Assembly: GCA_951406725.2 (NCBI GenBank)
Contig: OX597823.1
Span: forward strand, 31,310,001 to 31,374,000
Direction: 5' to 3'
DNA from: Octopus vulgaris
Taxonomy: Eukaryota
DNA: 64,000 nucleotides
The position numbers and the translations under genes were made by a program. Below are positions 41,806-57,249 of the stretch, piece after piece (position 1 is the stretch's first letter; each line of letters begins with the position of its first letter). The notes under the pieces are model-generated. The model was given only the letters and a program-made list of their open reading frames with translations, searched no databases and was not told the DNA's origin.

Positions 41806-42384
41806 TATGTTTCTTTATTAGCCACACAGGGCTGCACACAGACAGAACAAATTACAAGGTAGAGCTTTTCTTTTGGGGGTAAAAAAAAGGGGGTTAGTTT
41901 TCGATCAAAAGGGATCGTAAAAGGAAAGAAAGAGGACAAAAAAGGGGAGGATTTAAAAAAAAAGGAGGGGGGGGAGAAAGGGGAGAGGAAACAAAGTTGA
42001 ACAATAGGGATCGTAATCACAGAAATGTCAATATGAAATGTAAAGGGGAGGACAGGTGAGGTTTACCCGTGGAAAGAAAAGCCTACGGAAAAGACCACGG
42101 TAACCTCGGTCAATGAAGTCACATGTTATATTTCTTTTTTTTTTTTTTGCAAATAAGCAACTCTCTGTATTAATTTTTACGGTTCATAGAATCATAGCCA
42201 AGGTGGCTTCGTCATTCATACGTGCCATCCTTGCTACATTCACCCATCTTTTTTTAAAACATTCACTAGACAAAACTTGCCTCTCTACTCTCACTTTCCT
42301 CTTCAAGTGATACTTGAAGAAGTTGATGAGAGATTGACCAGAGAGGAAAGTGTTTGTCTCTAATCCTTTCAGGCGCGTCCACCA
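41806..42384 (-). mobile_element. 5'-truncated Tx1-like LINE copy
   Basis: 42185-42384 closely matches 42991-43192; diverged 3' UTR; (GATA)n on both sides. Confidence 0.9.
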
Positions 42385-42395
42385 TAGATAGATAA

Positions 42396-42432
<37 letters not shown>

Positions 42433-42469
42433 TAGACAGACAGACAGACAGATAGACAGACAGACTGAC

Positions 42470-42542
<73 letters not shown>

Positions 42543-42543
<1 letters not shown>

Positions 42544-44012
42544 GTTTCTTTATTGGCCACACAGGGCTGCACACAGATGGGACAAGTTACAAGGCAGAGC
42601 TTTTCTTTTGGGGGATGAAAAAAACAAAAAACAAAAAACAAAAGAAACAAAAAAAAGGTGGCGTCGGTTTTCGATCAAAAGGGATCGTAAAAGGGAAAAA
42701 AAGAACAAAAAATTTTTAAAAAATGAAAAAAAAGAGAAAAAAGGAAAAGGAACAAAAGAAAAGAGAAATGAAAAAAAAGAAGAAAAAGGGGAGAAAAAGG
42801 TTAAGAGGAAAAAACGATCAATAGGGATCGTGTATCACAGTGTTATGATGTATGGTGTAAAGGGGAAAGCAAGTAAGGTTTATCCGTGAGAAGAAAAGCC
42901 TACGAAAAAGACCACGGTAACCTTGGTCAATATTGTTATATGTTACCACATTTGTTTGCAAGTGGGTAACCCTCTGTTTTCAATTTCTGGGTTCATAGGA
43001 TTATGCTCAAGGTGGCTTCGTCATTCATACGTGCCATCCTTGCTACATTCACCCATCTTTTTTTAAAACATTCGCTAGACAAAACTTGCCTCTCTACTCT
43101 CACTTTCCTTTTCAAGTGGTACTTGAAGAAGTTGATGAGAGATTGATCAGAGAGGAGAGTGTTTGTCTCCAATCCTTTCAGACGCGTCCACCAGATACAT
43201 TCTTTCGCCATAGCCACAAGGATGATGAAAATAGCTCTTCCTTCCCGTTTGAAGGAAGGAGGCGTGACAATATTGACGATAGACTCAGCTGATAAACCGA
43301 CTCGTCCCACACGTGACAGCAATTGTTCGACATAAGCCCACAGGTCGGAAATTGTTGGACACTGCACGAGTGCGTGCAGAACGGTTTCGTCGCTCTGACC
43401 GCATCTCGGGCAGGTCGGCCCCGTGTTTCTCGAGCCGTGTCTGTAGAGCTTATCCCGAACGGGTAGCGCTTCTCGGTAGCACTGCCAGGCCAGGGATCTC
43501 TGGAAGTTGTCCATGGGCCCTGGCCCGAAAGTCGTCCCGGACAGGTGGATCAGGTACTCCTCGTCGACGTCCAGGTTCGCCCCGAGCTCGTCGTCGTACC
43601 TCCCCTCCACTAATCCCCTATAGAATGCTTTGGTTGTGATGAAGTCACTCAAGGTCGACCCAGGACGGCAGAGTTGCTTGAGAGCAACGCGACACTCGCG
43701 GTGCCATTCGCCCTTCCTCGGCCTCTTTTTGTTCCACGACTGCAGTTCGATCATGGAAACGAGCTGCGGGAAAGCGTGCCTCACAAACGGCGACCACACC
43801 TGTTCACCGTCGTCTACGAAGAGCCTGAGATGTCGCAGTCTCAGCGCGTGTCTGCGCATCATCAACCACGGCATGCCCAGTCCTCCTTTTAACGGGTGTT
43901 GACAGCAAATGGATCGCCTGACCATCGGGGCGCATCCTTTCCACAAGAAGCGAAAGAGAATGCGTTCTAGTTTGGTGATGGTAGGGTCGGGACAAGGCAC
44001 GACGGTCAGGCG

Positions 44013-44013
<1 letters not shown>
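42543..44013 (-). mobile_element. 5'-truncated Tx1/L1-group LINE
   Basis: Uninterrupted ORF2 C-terminus plus T-rich 3' UTR ending AATAAAgaaac; (GATA)n on both sides. Confidence 0.92.
42993..44013 (-). CDS. Tx1-like LINE ORF2 C-terminal part (post-RT region + zf-RVT), partial
   Basis: LFRFLWKG..GGLGMP..AWQCYREALPVRDKL..CPRCGQSDETVLHALVQCP..W; open for ~340 codons, GC-rich, no native start. Confidence 0.85.
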
Positions 44014-44101
<88 letters not shown>

Positions 44102-44220
44102 TGAATATATTTAATGACAGTTTTCATCAGAAAAAAGAACTGGTCACAGCAGGAATAACCATAGGGTTGCTTGATCATATATATGTGTGTGTATGTATAC
44201 TTACACGCATATATATATAC

Positions 44221-45955
<1,735 letters not shown>

Positions 45956-46523
45956 TGATTAATATAGATAACCACCTTGAATTTAATAATTTGGTTCCAC
46001 TTCTACAACACCACCATAGACAAATTTTTTTATACTTCGTTACATCAAGGGCTACTACCAAATTCGTTGAGGTATGTTTTACCTTTGTCTTTCTACCTCT
46101 CCCCCTCTCTCTCTCCCTCTCTCTATCATAAGCACAATCAAACACACAGACACAAACCTGTCACTTCACCACTAGATGTATTTGGCATTTATCCCCCCCA
46201 CACACAATCACGCACACACATACACACACATAGACACGAATGCAGTTATATACATACACACATAGGCATTCAATCTCATTAGCAAAAGCGAACAACAACG
46301 CTTCCCCATACATACGACTTGTACTCTGTCACCTTCCTATTCTTAGAACTTTCCCCTTCCAAACATTTTTGAACTCTTGAACTTTTTAGAATCTTCTCCA
46401 TCCAACCAATTTTGACGTCACTGCTTATAACGGAATATTTTAAAGAGACACTCATTATCGCTATGGACTACGTGTGGGCAGTCATCTAAAAGTTTTTGTT
46501 CGTCATGATGCTGACATAAGTTC

Positions 46524-46616
46524 CTTGTCTTTCCTGATGAGAAGGCGGCATAATGCACCCTTTATTCCTTCGGAATTGAGAATATGCAGTCTTCGAAACA
46601 TATGTCGAGAATAAAG
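46524..46616 (+). ncRNA. Type I hammerhead ribozyme in the PLE terminal region
   Basis: uuuc CUGAUGA gaaggc.gcaua..uaugc.gucuuc GAAA cauaug UC gaga; extended stem II, palindromic ACAUAUGU stem III, GUC cleavage triplet. Confidence 0.85.
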
Positions 46617-46804
46617 CAATTTTGTTAAATCGTCGTTCGACTCCATTCTTTCATTTATTTATAGTAAAAAAACACACAAATCTCCACACGAAAGCACGTG
46701 ATTTCTGCCCTTGGCATGTAGCTTCAACCGTGTTTTCTGACGTGAATTTGCTACCCGGGTATCGGTTAACTGAATTATCCATACTAGGATAATTCATTCA
46801 ACTA

Positions 46805-46878
<74 letters not shown>

Positions 46879-46951
46879 TCAATTCCTTGATAACATTTTA
46901 TATAGATTCTAACCTTGATTATAAAGATACATATACATACCCACACATACA

Positions 46952-47009
<58 letters not shown>

Positions 47010-47309
47010 TATATACACAAACACACACACACATATGTGTATGTGCGTGTGTGTATGTGTGTGTATGTTTTCACCCACATATAATTGTTTTAACTGGGAC
47101 TGAAAGTTTCGCCTGACGGTTCATTCGGCCATTTTGTACTTGGGCGAGTATGCCTCCAAGTCAAAAATTCAAATGCACTTTTAGTACTGAGTCTCAGCGT
47201 CACCAATTAGTCTGTTGGTATTTTGAAAATTGTTTTAAAATAATTACATTAAACAAGCATGTATATACACCCACCTCCACGTTTGTACATACATGCTTTG
47301 TGTATACAC

Positions 47310-47340
<31 letters not shown>

Positions 47341-47943
47341 TGTATGTATGTATGTATGTATGTATGTATGTATGTATGTATGTATGTATGTACGTACGTA
47401 CGTACGTACGTACGTATGTATGTATGTATGTATGTATGTATGTATGTATGTATGTATGTATGTATGTATGTATGTATGCAGTTCCTACTGATAAGTTCAG
47501 CGTATACGAAATAACACCGAATTTCCCCACTAGAAATTGCTCCCGTGTGTATATATGCATGTGAGAGTGTCTGTGCTTTCTTTGTATGTATACTCAGGCA
47601 TACAAAAACGCATATATACCCCCTATATAAACACATATATCCATGTGTTTTGTGTTTATGCTCTCAAACACATTCACACATGCACAAACATGTATATTTA
47701 CACATCCATATAGACACACACACGTACGTACATTCACGTACAGCTATAGCCGAATGCATGCACACTCGTATACGTATAATTTTCACTTTTATCTCTCCAT
47801 TTATAAAGCATGTTGCGATAATTATGTTAAAATGGAGAAAAATAATACTACTTATTTACGAATTTATATATGACTACCCCCACACAGATATGTTTTCACA
47901 CACTTACAAACTGACACACACATATTCATATATATATATATAT

Positions 47944-47987
<44 letters not shown>

Positions 47988-48081
47988 GATATTTGTATAC
48001 ACGTATTTTAATAATTTACATATATGTATGTCTATCTAGCTTGGTAGTTATCTACCTATCCATATATTTTTATACACACAC

Positions 48082-48116
<35 letters not shown>

Positions 48117-48171
48117 TGTATGTATGTATGTATATATGTGTATGTATATGTGTATATGTATATGTATATAC

Positions 48172-48203
<32 letters not shown>

Positions 48204-48292
48204 ATATACATTTATATATATCATATATATATGTATGCATACTTATATATGCATACATATATATGTATATAAATATATATATAAATAAATAA

Positions 48293-48342
<50 letters not shown>

Positions 48343-48692
48343 TTAATATATATTTATATGTATAAAGACCATTCCCATATTTGTACCTTTTTGAAAATCG
48401 TGTATTTTTTTTTCTTCCCTCTGGAGACCTTGGAATTAAATGAAAGGTTCTTTTTTTCTTATGTTTCACTAAAAATATGAAATATTTAATTATCATCACA
48501 AAAGAAAAATTGGTAAAGTGACAAAGATGAGAAAGAACCTTCTAAACAAGCTTAGCAACAGCAACAAGAAGAACTACAAAGGCAGTGGGGGCAGCAACAG
48601 CTGTAGTGGCAACGGAGATCTGCGACCTCTCCGTCGACTCATGATGTCTGCCAAATAAAGACCCAATGTTCTGAAATCGCAGTAGAAATCTC

Positions 48693-48822
48693 GTATGTGG
48701 TAAAAGAACTTGCTTTAGGAACCACGTGGTTCGGTTTCAATCCAATTGCGCAGCACCTTGAGCAAGTAACTTTTACTCTAATTCCGAAAGTTGGGAAACG
48801 GAAAATCAGTGGAAGTACGACT

Positions 48823-48858
<36 letters not shown>

Positions 48859-49040
48859 TCTGTGTGTGTGTGCATATAAATGTATTATGTATTTATACAT
48901 GTTAATATGTGATATTTGTGTTTGATTCTGTGTTTGTCCTCCATTCGCCACTTGTTTACAACCCCGCAACTTAGCGATTCAGTAAAAGAGACCGATAGAA
49001 TATGTACCACACTTAATAAGCACTAGGGTCGACTTGTTCA
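48693..49040 (+). mobile_element. SINE family B (diverged)
   Basis: gtggtaaaagaacttgct..caccttgagcaagt..cttagcgattc..gagaccgatagaat. Confidence 0.75.
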
Positions 49041-49066
49041 TGAGTGCAACATCCTACTGACTAGGC

Positions 49067-50153
49067 CAGTGGTCGGCGATCCGGGGTAAATTACCCCAAG
49101 TGGTATAAAAATGAAATTCTTGGCGGTAATAAAGACTCGTTGGACAAAAGTCAAATTATATATATATAAAAAACATGTTCCTTGTTGCTTTCAGAGATTT
49201 TTCTTCTGGCAACGTTACGATTGTCCAACGGACTTGTTTAGGAGACATCATTTTGAACAACAAGCAATTTGGTTGCTAAAGCGTTGTCAAGCGACTAAAC
49301 ATATTATTCGTCAGTAAGGCGACGAGCTGGCAGAAACGTTAGCACGCCGGGCGAAATGCGTAGCCGTATTTCGTCTGCCGTTACGTTCTGAGTTCAAATT
49401 CCGCCGAGGTCGACTTTGTCTTTCATCCTTTCGGGGTCGATAAATTAAGTACCAGTTACGCACTGGGGTCGATATAATCGGCTTCATCCGTTTGTCTGTC
49501 CTTGTTTGTCCCCTCTGCGTTTAGCCCCTTGTGGGTAGTAAAGAAATAAGTATTTCGTCTGTTTTTACGTTCTGAGTTCAAATTCCACCGAGATCGACTT
49601 TGCTTTTTAACCTTTCGGGGTCGTTAAATTAAGTACCAGTTGCGTACTGGGGTCCATCTAATCGAATGGTCCCCTTCCAAAACATTTCGGGACTTGTGTC
49701 TAGAGTAGAAAAGATATCATTCGTCAGTCTATTACTTGTCTAAACTTTATTCTTTGACTCACGTGTTTTTGCTTTGTTTCAGTAGGTTTAAGTAGTTATT
49801 CAATTCAACACTTTAATAAAATCGATTGGACCCCGAAGACTATATCCAAATTGCTCTGGCATCAAAATTCCCCAATTTCGATGTAATTGTAGCAAAAATA
49901 AAACATTCCTCAAAAACCTGAAGTGGAAAAGTTTCTAGAAAAATCCTTTTGTTTTATAATGAGGATATTAATTTTATTTTATTTCGTTTGTTTTATAGTT
50001 TTTATATTTATAATTGTATTCTCCATATAAATAGATAAATTAAACCTTTTGAATTCAAAGAATCTATGATTTTCTTCCTTTGAAATTAAAGAGTTAAATC
50101 GGCGTAAATAAATGTATTTTGGGGTAATTGGTTAAAAAAGTTCCCTACCCCTG
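49067..50153. mobile_element. hAT-type non-autonomous element with a nested SINE dimer
   Basis: Ends CAGTGGTCGGCGA / TTCCCTACCCCTG; 8-bp TSD GACTAGGC (49059-49066) / GACTAAGC (50154-50161). Confidence 0.8.
49316..49713 (+). mobile_element. Family-A SINE dimer with 15-bp TSD
   Basis: TSD atat(t/c)attcgtcagt at 49301-49315 and 49714-49728 brackets both units. Confidence 0.92.
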
Positions 50154-50937
50154 GACTAAGCCATGCGCTTTCACTTTTATCCTTCCAGGATCGATAGAAT
50201 AAAGTACTACTAAGTCAATTCTAGAAATCGATATAACCGGCTGTCTTCACACTCGAAATTTCTAGTCTTGTACCTTAAAATGGCCCTACATAACTATATG
50301 GGTTCTAGAACGTTATTAAGCAACCATATTGATTCATGGATATCTGGATCTGTTTTTGTTCTCGATAAAATGAATGAGCTTCTGGCCTTGCAAACTCTCC
50401 GAAATCGGTGAGATTGATGCTCGTTAATGTTCCTCTTGTATATGTGTGTGGGATGCCTCAAATGCCCGTATGTTCTACACTGACAAGAAAACTCTTTAGA
50501 ATTCTGGTTTTAATATATTTTGTATTAATTTGTGAGTCTCGAACATTGTTATTAAAGACTTCGACTACAGAAAGATAGCGTGTTTTTAACACTGCAAGGT
50601 AGTTATACTTGACGTTCGTCTCTGAAGACGACCTCATTAGCAGCTTTATTCTTTGTGGGTTCCGAGGTGGCTTATTAGACCAATATTGGCATAAAACCCA
50701 CGATTGGAGTAGGGATACGTAATAACAAACTCAGGACAAGGTGGGACATTATTTTTATGCAGTCCTCCTTTTTATTAGTTTCGCTAATCATTTCTGGCTC
50801 TGAGGACTGTACTCCTAGAGCAGTGCTTCTCAAACTATCTGATGTGGTATACCAACAGTGTTTTTCCCCCCAATTGTGCCAGAAACCGGTAATATTTCTT
50901 AGTAATATTAATCAATAGCAGAAAGAATATATATAAT

Positions 50938-51272
50938 TACGGAGATGTACTTGGATAGCAAGTGACCTGATCTGAGATCGTGTGCTGGAACGAAAAGAAT
51001 TGCAGCGTGGAAGGTGTTTAAAGCCATTTAAGAAACACAAAAACCGTTAGATTCACTTCAACATTTAAATCTAATTTGTCAAAATATTTTCGTCGCTTTG
51101 AGACCGCGACCTGTTCATTGACAAAATTCCGTGCTGCACAGAATTTTGTCAGTGAACAGGTCGCGGTCTCAAAGCGACGAAAATATTTTGACAAATTAAA
51201 TTTAAATGTTGAAGTGAATCTAACGGTTTTTGTGTTTCTTAAATGGCTTTAAACACCTTCCACGCTGCAATA
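50938..51272. mobile_element. Near-perfect ~270-bp palindromic element (family H4) with back-to-back variant hammerheads
   Basis: 50999-51135 is the reverse complement of 51137-51270 with few mismatches; the left arm extends ~60 bp further. Confidence 0.9.
51145..51195 (+). ncRNA. Minimal hammerhead-like motif with G3-C8 swapped core
   Basis: uuuguca GUGAACA g gucgc-ggucucaaa-gcgac GAAA auau UU ugacaaa: 7-bp stem I, 5-bp stem II, palindromic AAUAUU stem III. Confidence 0.7.
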
Positions 51273-51910
51273 TATATAATGAATATAATAAAAGCTGACA
51301 ATTGTTTTTATCTTATATTTATTTGGTAAACAAATAATATAATATTTTATAAGCATTTCATAAGCATTTTATAATGTTTGTTTCTTTCTTTTGTGGAAAC
51401 TCATCGCATACCTATTTCTTTATTACCAACAAGGGGCTAAACACAGATGGGACAAACAAGGACAGACATAGGTATTAAATCGATTACATCGACCCCAGTG
51501 CGTAACTGGTACTTAAGTTATCGACCCCGAAAGGATGAAAGGCAAAGTCGACCTCGGCGGAATTTGAACTCAGAACGTAACGGCAGACGAAATACGGCTA
51601 CGCATTTCGCCCGGCGCGCTAACGGACCACCACTTGGGGTAGTACTGCTTTAGAATATACAACACAAGGCTACCATGAGTGATTTTGTGAAAGCTGTTCT
51701 TATGGAGACTGTTCTAAGTTATACTTTCTCAAAGGCTTTTGAGAATGCCTTTGTATCTCCACTTTGGGTCACAACGTGAACATGAGATAGCTGTTCATTC
51801 ACTACAGAAAATCTGCTTCAGGAGCTTGAAGTCGGCTATGAGCGCTATATGTCCACTTCACAAAAACATGCCACGGTTAAAAATCCTACAATATAGTTAA
51901 TTACTGTTCA

Positions 51911-52226
51911 TTATTACTTCTGCTATAGCGAAGGCGGAGGTATTGCTTTCAATTGTTTATTTGTTTGTTTGTTTGTTTGTCGGTGGACAAGATATCTCAA
52001 GAACACTGAATGGATTCGGATGAAACTTTCAAGGATGTTTGGCCTCGTACCTGGCACGAACTAATTATATTTTTGAGAGCGGTCGGGTTCATTTTTAGTA
52101 TTCTCATTTGTGAGAGCAGTCGAGTTTATTTCAGATATTCTCATTTTAAAAATCTTCTCCGGCTAAGCGTTGAGAGGATGTTGGTGTTGCCTTGGCAGAG
52201 GTTTGCGCTCTCTGGGTGCTCTTGTT
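51911..52226 (+). mobile_element. Helentron/DINE-like non-autonomous element
   Basis: ttattacttctgc..ggcggaggtattg, (TTTG)n, ggattcggatgaaactt, 3' ttggcagaggtttgcgctctctgggtgctctt (sub-terminal inverted repeat + hairpin). Confidence 0.6.
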
Positions 52227-52468
52227 TACAATTAATTCTACAATACAGTTAGTTTGTTTTCCTTATTTATAATTGTGACGCGTGTAAAGAATTTTCTACA
52301 TGTTAATGACGCGTATGTATTTTCAGTCCCGAAGGTGTTTTGCGCATGCTGAAGAATTCTTTTAGTCGAAAGAACTGACCAGTACTGTTTTTTAAAGCCT
52401 GGTATTTATTCTAACGATCTGGTAAACACACTTTCGGAGACATAAACACAGCAACACCGGTTAGTGGG

Positions 52469-52509
<41 letters not shown>

Positions 52510-52987
52510 TGCATATATATACGACGCGTTTCTTTCAGTTTCTATCTACTAAATCTACAAGTTTTTGGTCGACTCGAGCCGCTAATAAAAGAGACTTGCC
52601 CAAGGTGTCATGCAGTGAGACTGATCCCGGAAACATGTACTTGCATCTTGTAAGCTCCCCTCCGTGGCAAAAGTTTTTGGGAGAGCAGCATACCTGCTTC
52701 CTTCTCCGCGCCATCGATGTTATCTGAGGGATAAGTCAAAAGCTGATACGGGGTGAACTATAACAACGGGTAATGAAGTGTCTTGCTCAGGAACAAAACA
52801 CAGCCCAGTCCGGGAATCGAACTCACTACCTCATGATTGTGAGTATGTTGAGCCTACCACTGAACCATGCGCCTTCACGCATACATACATGTGTGTGTGT
52901 GTGAAGACGCATATATGTATGCATGTAAAGCTCTACATTCGTATCAAGTATTTGCTACTAATTCAACGTAGATTAATATATATATAT

Positions 52988-53027
<40 letters not shown>

Positions 53028-53029
53028 AT

Positions 53030-53070
<41 letters not shown>

Positions 53071-53092
53071 CAAACTTATACACGTACATATA

Positions 53093-53267
53093 TGTGGTTT
53101 TGTGGTAAGTAGCTTGCTTACCAACCACATGGTTCCGGTTTCAGTCCCAAATGCCTGGCACCGTAGGCAAATGTCTACTATAGCCTCGGGCCGACCAAAG
53201 CTTTAGGAGTGGACTTGGTAGACGGAAACTGAAAGAAGCCCGTCGTATATATGTATATATATAGATG

Positions 53268-53330
<63 letters not shown>

Positions 53331-53570
53331 GTATGTATATGTTTGTGTTTGTGTCTGAGTTTGTCCCCCCCCCACTCCAACGTCGCTTGACAACTGATAC
53401 CGGTGTGTTTATGTCCCCTTAACTTAGCGGTTCGGCAAAAGAGCCCGATAGAACAAGTACTAGGCTTACAAAGAATAAGTACTGAGGTCGATTTGTTCTA
53501 CTAAAGGCAGTGCTCCAGCATGGCTGCAGTCAAAATGACTGAAACAAGTAATAGAAAAAAGAATAAAAGA
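53093..53570 (+). mobile_element. SINE family B (full length)
   Basis: Head, CORE-like motif, internal (TA)n and tail all present. Confidence 0.9.
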
Positions 53571-53714
53571 ATGTGTGTGTGTATACGTTTGTATGTACAT
53601 ATATATGATGTAATATGTTTTTGTATATATTTGTATTATTATATATGTATGATGCATTAATGCGTTTGTATATGTATGACTGCAGCCTCAAGACTGAAGC
53701 AAACGAATCAAAGA

Positions 53715-53828
<114 letters not shown>

Positions 53829-53947
53829 GGGTAGGCTTGAAACGTAAAAGACTTTTTTTATTCCTGAGCGTTATACTAATACATCTGTTTGTTTTGTACA
53901 CCGCCTGTCTTCGTCTTTTGTTTTTTCGTAAACTCTCCCTATATATG

Positions 53948-53978
<31 letters not shown>

Positions 53979-54167
53979 ATGTGTGTGTGTTTTCTCAGTC
54001 TTTGTTATTGAAGTTGTTTGTGTTGTTGTTGTTACGCCGTATATTGCTGATATTGCCGTTACACGAGATTATGTTTGATGTTGATAATTGTATTAAAGAT
54101 GGCGGTGGCAGTAGCAGCGGCGACGACGGTCACCGTGATAACGATGTAGAGTTTATCTCTGACTCAC

Positions 54168-54378
54168 GTTTCCTTCCGTATGATAAGACCCACAATCGTA
54201 TCATGATCAGCAGCTGACTGGGGGCTGGAGGCGGGGGGCTGGAAGTGTTAAAGAAGCAGTTGAAATACTCGCTGAAGACCACATTGAAGAGAAGCAAAAT
54301 AATCAACCCTTGGAGAATAGAAAGACATCACCAATCACCGTTCGTTCACGTTGCTAATCTCGCTGTTGGAGCTGCGAA
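54168..54378 (-). other. Candidate host exon (possibly 5' UTR with start codon)
   Basis: Unique, more GC-rich sequence between tattttccAG and AAC|GTGAGT; ATG at 54204 gives [12 protein letters not shown], phase 1. Confidence 0.25.
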
Positions 54379-54699
54379 CTGGAAAATATGATGAATAAAT
54401 CCATTGAACACATCTAGGGGTCCCATGAAAAGATGAACGTATGCAGCGTAATGCCTGGACCCTTCGACTAAGTATTTACATATTTGGATTGTGACCAAAT
54501 CTGTGCTTCACGGATTTAGATGTTCAGTCAACAAAAGATGCGCAAATAAAGATGGTCGAGATTGAGTTGAATGGACAGCCATCAGCAAGATTTTCCTTGC
54601 ATTGTTCTGGAGCTTTATAAGGTTGCATATTTGCATATGTTAGTGACTGTGTGTATGTATGTTTGTGCATATATGCGTGTGTGTGTAAGTTGTCTGTTA

Positions 54700-55820
54700 A
54701 GTAGTGTCTTTATGTGTGTGTGTTCGTCAAGTTCCATATGTGTGTACGTGTGTACGTGTGCCCGTGTGTGCGTGTGTGTTGGTCAAGTTCCATATGTGTG
54801 TACGTGTGTCCGAGTGTGTGTGTGTTGGTCAAGTTCCATGTGTGCTTGCGCGCTAATGTGTCTGTGTGTTCGTCAAGATTTGAGAATGCGTGTGTTTGCT
54901 TGCCAAGCTGTTTATACGCGCGACTCTGTGTGTGTGTGTGTATGTGTGTGTGATTATCAACCTATGCGAGTGTGTTTCTGAACATATGTATCTGTGTGTT
55001 CAAGATGTGTGTGTGTGTGTGTGTGTACGTTTATTCGTCGAGGTTTGTGTGTGCGTGTGTTCGTCAAGGTGTGTGTTTATATTTTCAACTTTTCTAAGTC
55101 TCTGTGCGTTTATTTGTATGTGTGTATATGTATGCATGTGTGTGTGTGTGTGAGTGTGTTTGTTTATGTATAAACATGTGTGAGTATGTGTTTATGTGCG
55201 TATTTGTGTGTTTAAGTGTTTCTCAGGTAATATGCGTATATGTGTGTTTGTTAGGTAATATGTGTGTATGCGTGTTTATCACGTCATGTGTGTGTGAGTC
55301 TGTATTAGTCAAATCATATTATGTGTGTGTATCTGTTTATCACTGTGTGTGTTTATGTTTCTATATTCATCACACTGTGCCTGTGTGTGTGTGTGTGTGC
55401 GTGTGCGTGTGTGTGTGTGTCTGTGAAAATGTGTGCGCATGTATGTGTGTACGTGTGAATGTGTGTGAGTGTGTGTATGTATGTGAGTGAATGTATGTGT
55501 GTGTGCACATGTGCGTGTGCATATGTGTGCGTGTGTGTGTGAAAATGTGTGCATGGTTGTGTGTGAATGTACGGGTGAGTGTGTGTGCGTGTATGTGTGT
55601 AAATATGTGTGTGCACGTATGTGCCTGTGCATGTGTGTGTGCGCGCACGTGTGTGTGAATGTGTGTGTGTGAAAATGTGTGCATGCTTGTGTGTGTGAAT
55701 GTATGGGTGAGTGTGTGTGCGTGTATGTGTGTAAATGTGTGTGTGCGCGTATGTGCCTGTGCATGTGTGTGTGTCTGTGTGTGTGCGACGCGCGCGTGTG
55801 TGTGTGTGTGTGTGTGTGAG
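54700..55820. repeat. Degenerate (GT)n region with higher-order repeats
   Basis: tcaagttccat motif x3 (54727-54838); 130-bp duplication starting 55541 and 55671. Confidence 0.8.
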
Positions 55821-55979
55821 CCGTCAGCAGAGAAGAAGAAGCTAGCAATGCACGCAATCACCTTTGACCGAAATGCGCCAGTTGTATTTTGCTCAATTGT
55901 CTCTTATTGATTGGTTGCCATCTTACAGGCGAGGTTATGCAGTGCAAAAATCGTTTGTGACGTTTTCAACACAGCAACC

Positions 55980-56010
<31 letters not shown>

Positions 56011-56347
56011 CTCTCTCTCTCTCTCTCACGCTCTCTCAGTCTCTTCCTCTTTCTCTCTTTCACCGCCGCCATTGCTATACTTTCTTCATAGCAGCATCAG
56101 CCTCTACTTCTATTCTCATGAAATGTATTCGGTGTGTCTGTGTGTGTGTGACTGTCACAATATTTCTGTGTGTGTGTTTGTGTGTGTGTGTGTGAGTGTG
56201 TGAGTGTGTATGTGTGTGTGTGTGTGTGTGTTTGTGTGTGTGTGTTTGTGTGTGTGCGAGTTGTCATCTTCACAATTTTTCGTATGTGTGTTATTGTCTG
56301 TTAGAGGTATATGCGTGCGTCTCTATGTGTCACTTACATAGTCCTTT

Positions 56348-56407
<60 letters not shown>

Positions 56408-56505
56408 CGTGTGTGTTTATGTGTCACTCTCAAACCCTGTGTATATGTCCGTGTCACTCTATGTGTATGTGTGTATGTATGTATTTGCATTTGTCATCAT
56501 AGTCC

Positions 56506-56537
<32 letters not shown>

Positions 56538-56549
56538 ATAGTTAGATAC

Positions 56550-56671
<122 letters not shown>

Positions 56672-57076
56672 GTGTGTGTCTGTGTCTGCATATGTCACTG
56701 TCGCAGACTTTACATGTGATGTGTGTATCTATTTCTCTCTCTCACAGGCCGCGCGTGTGTGTGTGTGTCTGTGTGCGCGCACGAACTTAGGGTCTGTATC
56801 TATCACAGTTATTGCGTAAATGTATGCGTGTGTGTGTGTCACACTAGGTACGTGTACGTGCCACAGACCGTATACAGGTGTGTGTATCTGTATGCGTGTG
56901 TCACAGTGTGTATTTATTTGTGTGCAGATGTCACTGTCTGTATCAGTCATATAGCTTATTATGTGTGTGCCTGTTTGTGTATCTAGATATATGTTTGTGT
57001 CACAGTCTATGCGAAGGTGTGTCTGTTTGTGACACTCTCATGGTGTGTATGTGTGTGAATATATGTGTATGTGTTA

Positions 57077-57118
<42 letters not shown>

Positions 57119-57200
57119 TTATATGCAATATGTGTGTGTACATTTGTGTGAAAGACAGACAGACAGACAGACAGACAGATATATATATATATATATATAT

Positions 57201-57249
<49 letters not shown>

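Larger units (their letters stand above)
50821..51647. mobile_element. hAT-type MITE hosting a fold-back element and a family-A SINE (51413-51623, minus)
   Basis: Ends CAGTGCTTCTCAAA / TTGGGGTAGTACTG; weak TSD tcctagag / ctttagaa. Confidence 0.6.

Noticed and set aside
50290-50810. Unique-looking block containing ctgaagacg
   Set aside because: No GAAA..UH partner or stems and no interpretable translation; left unassigned.
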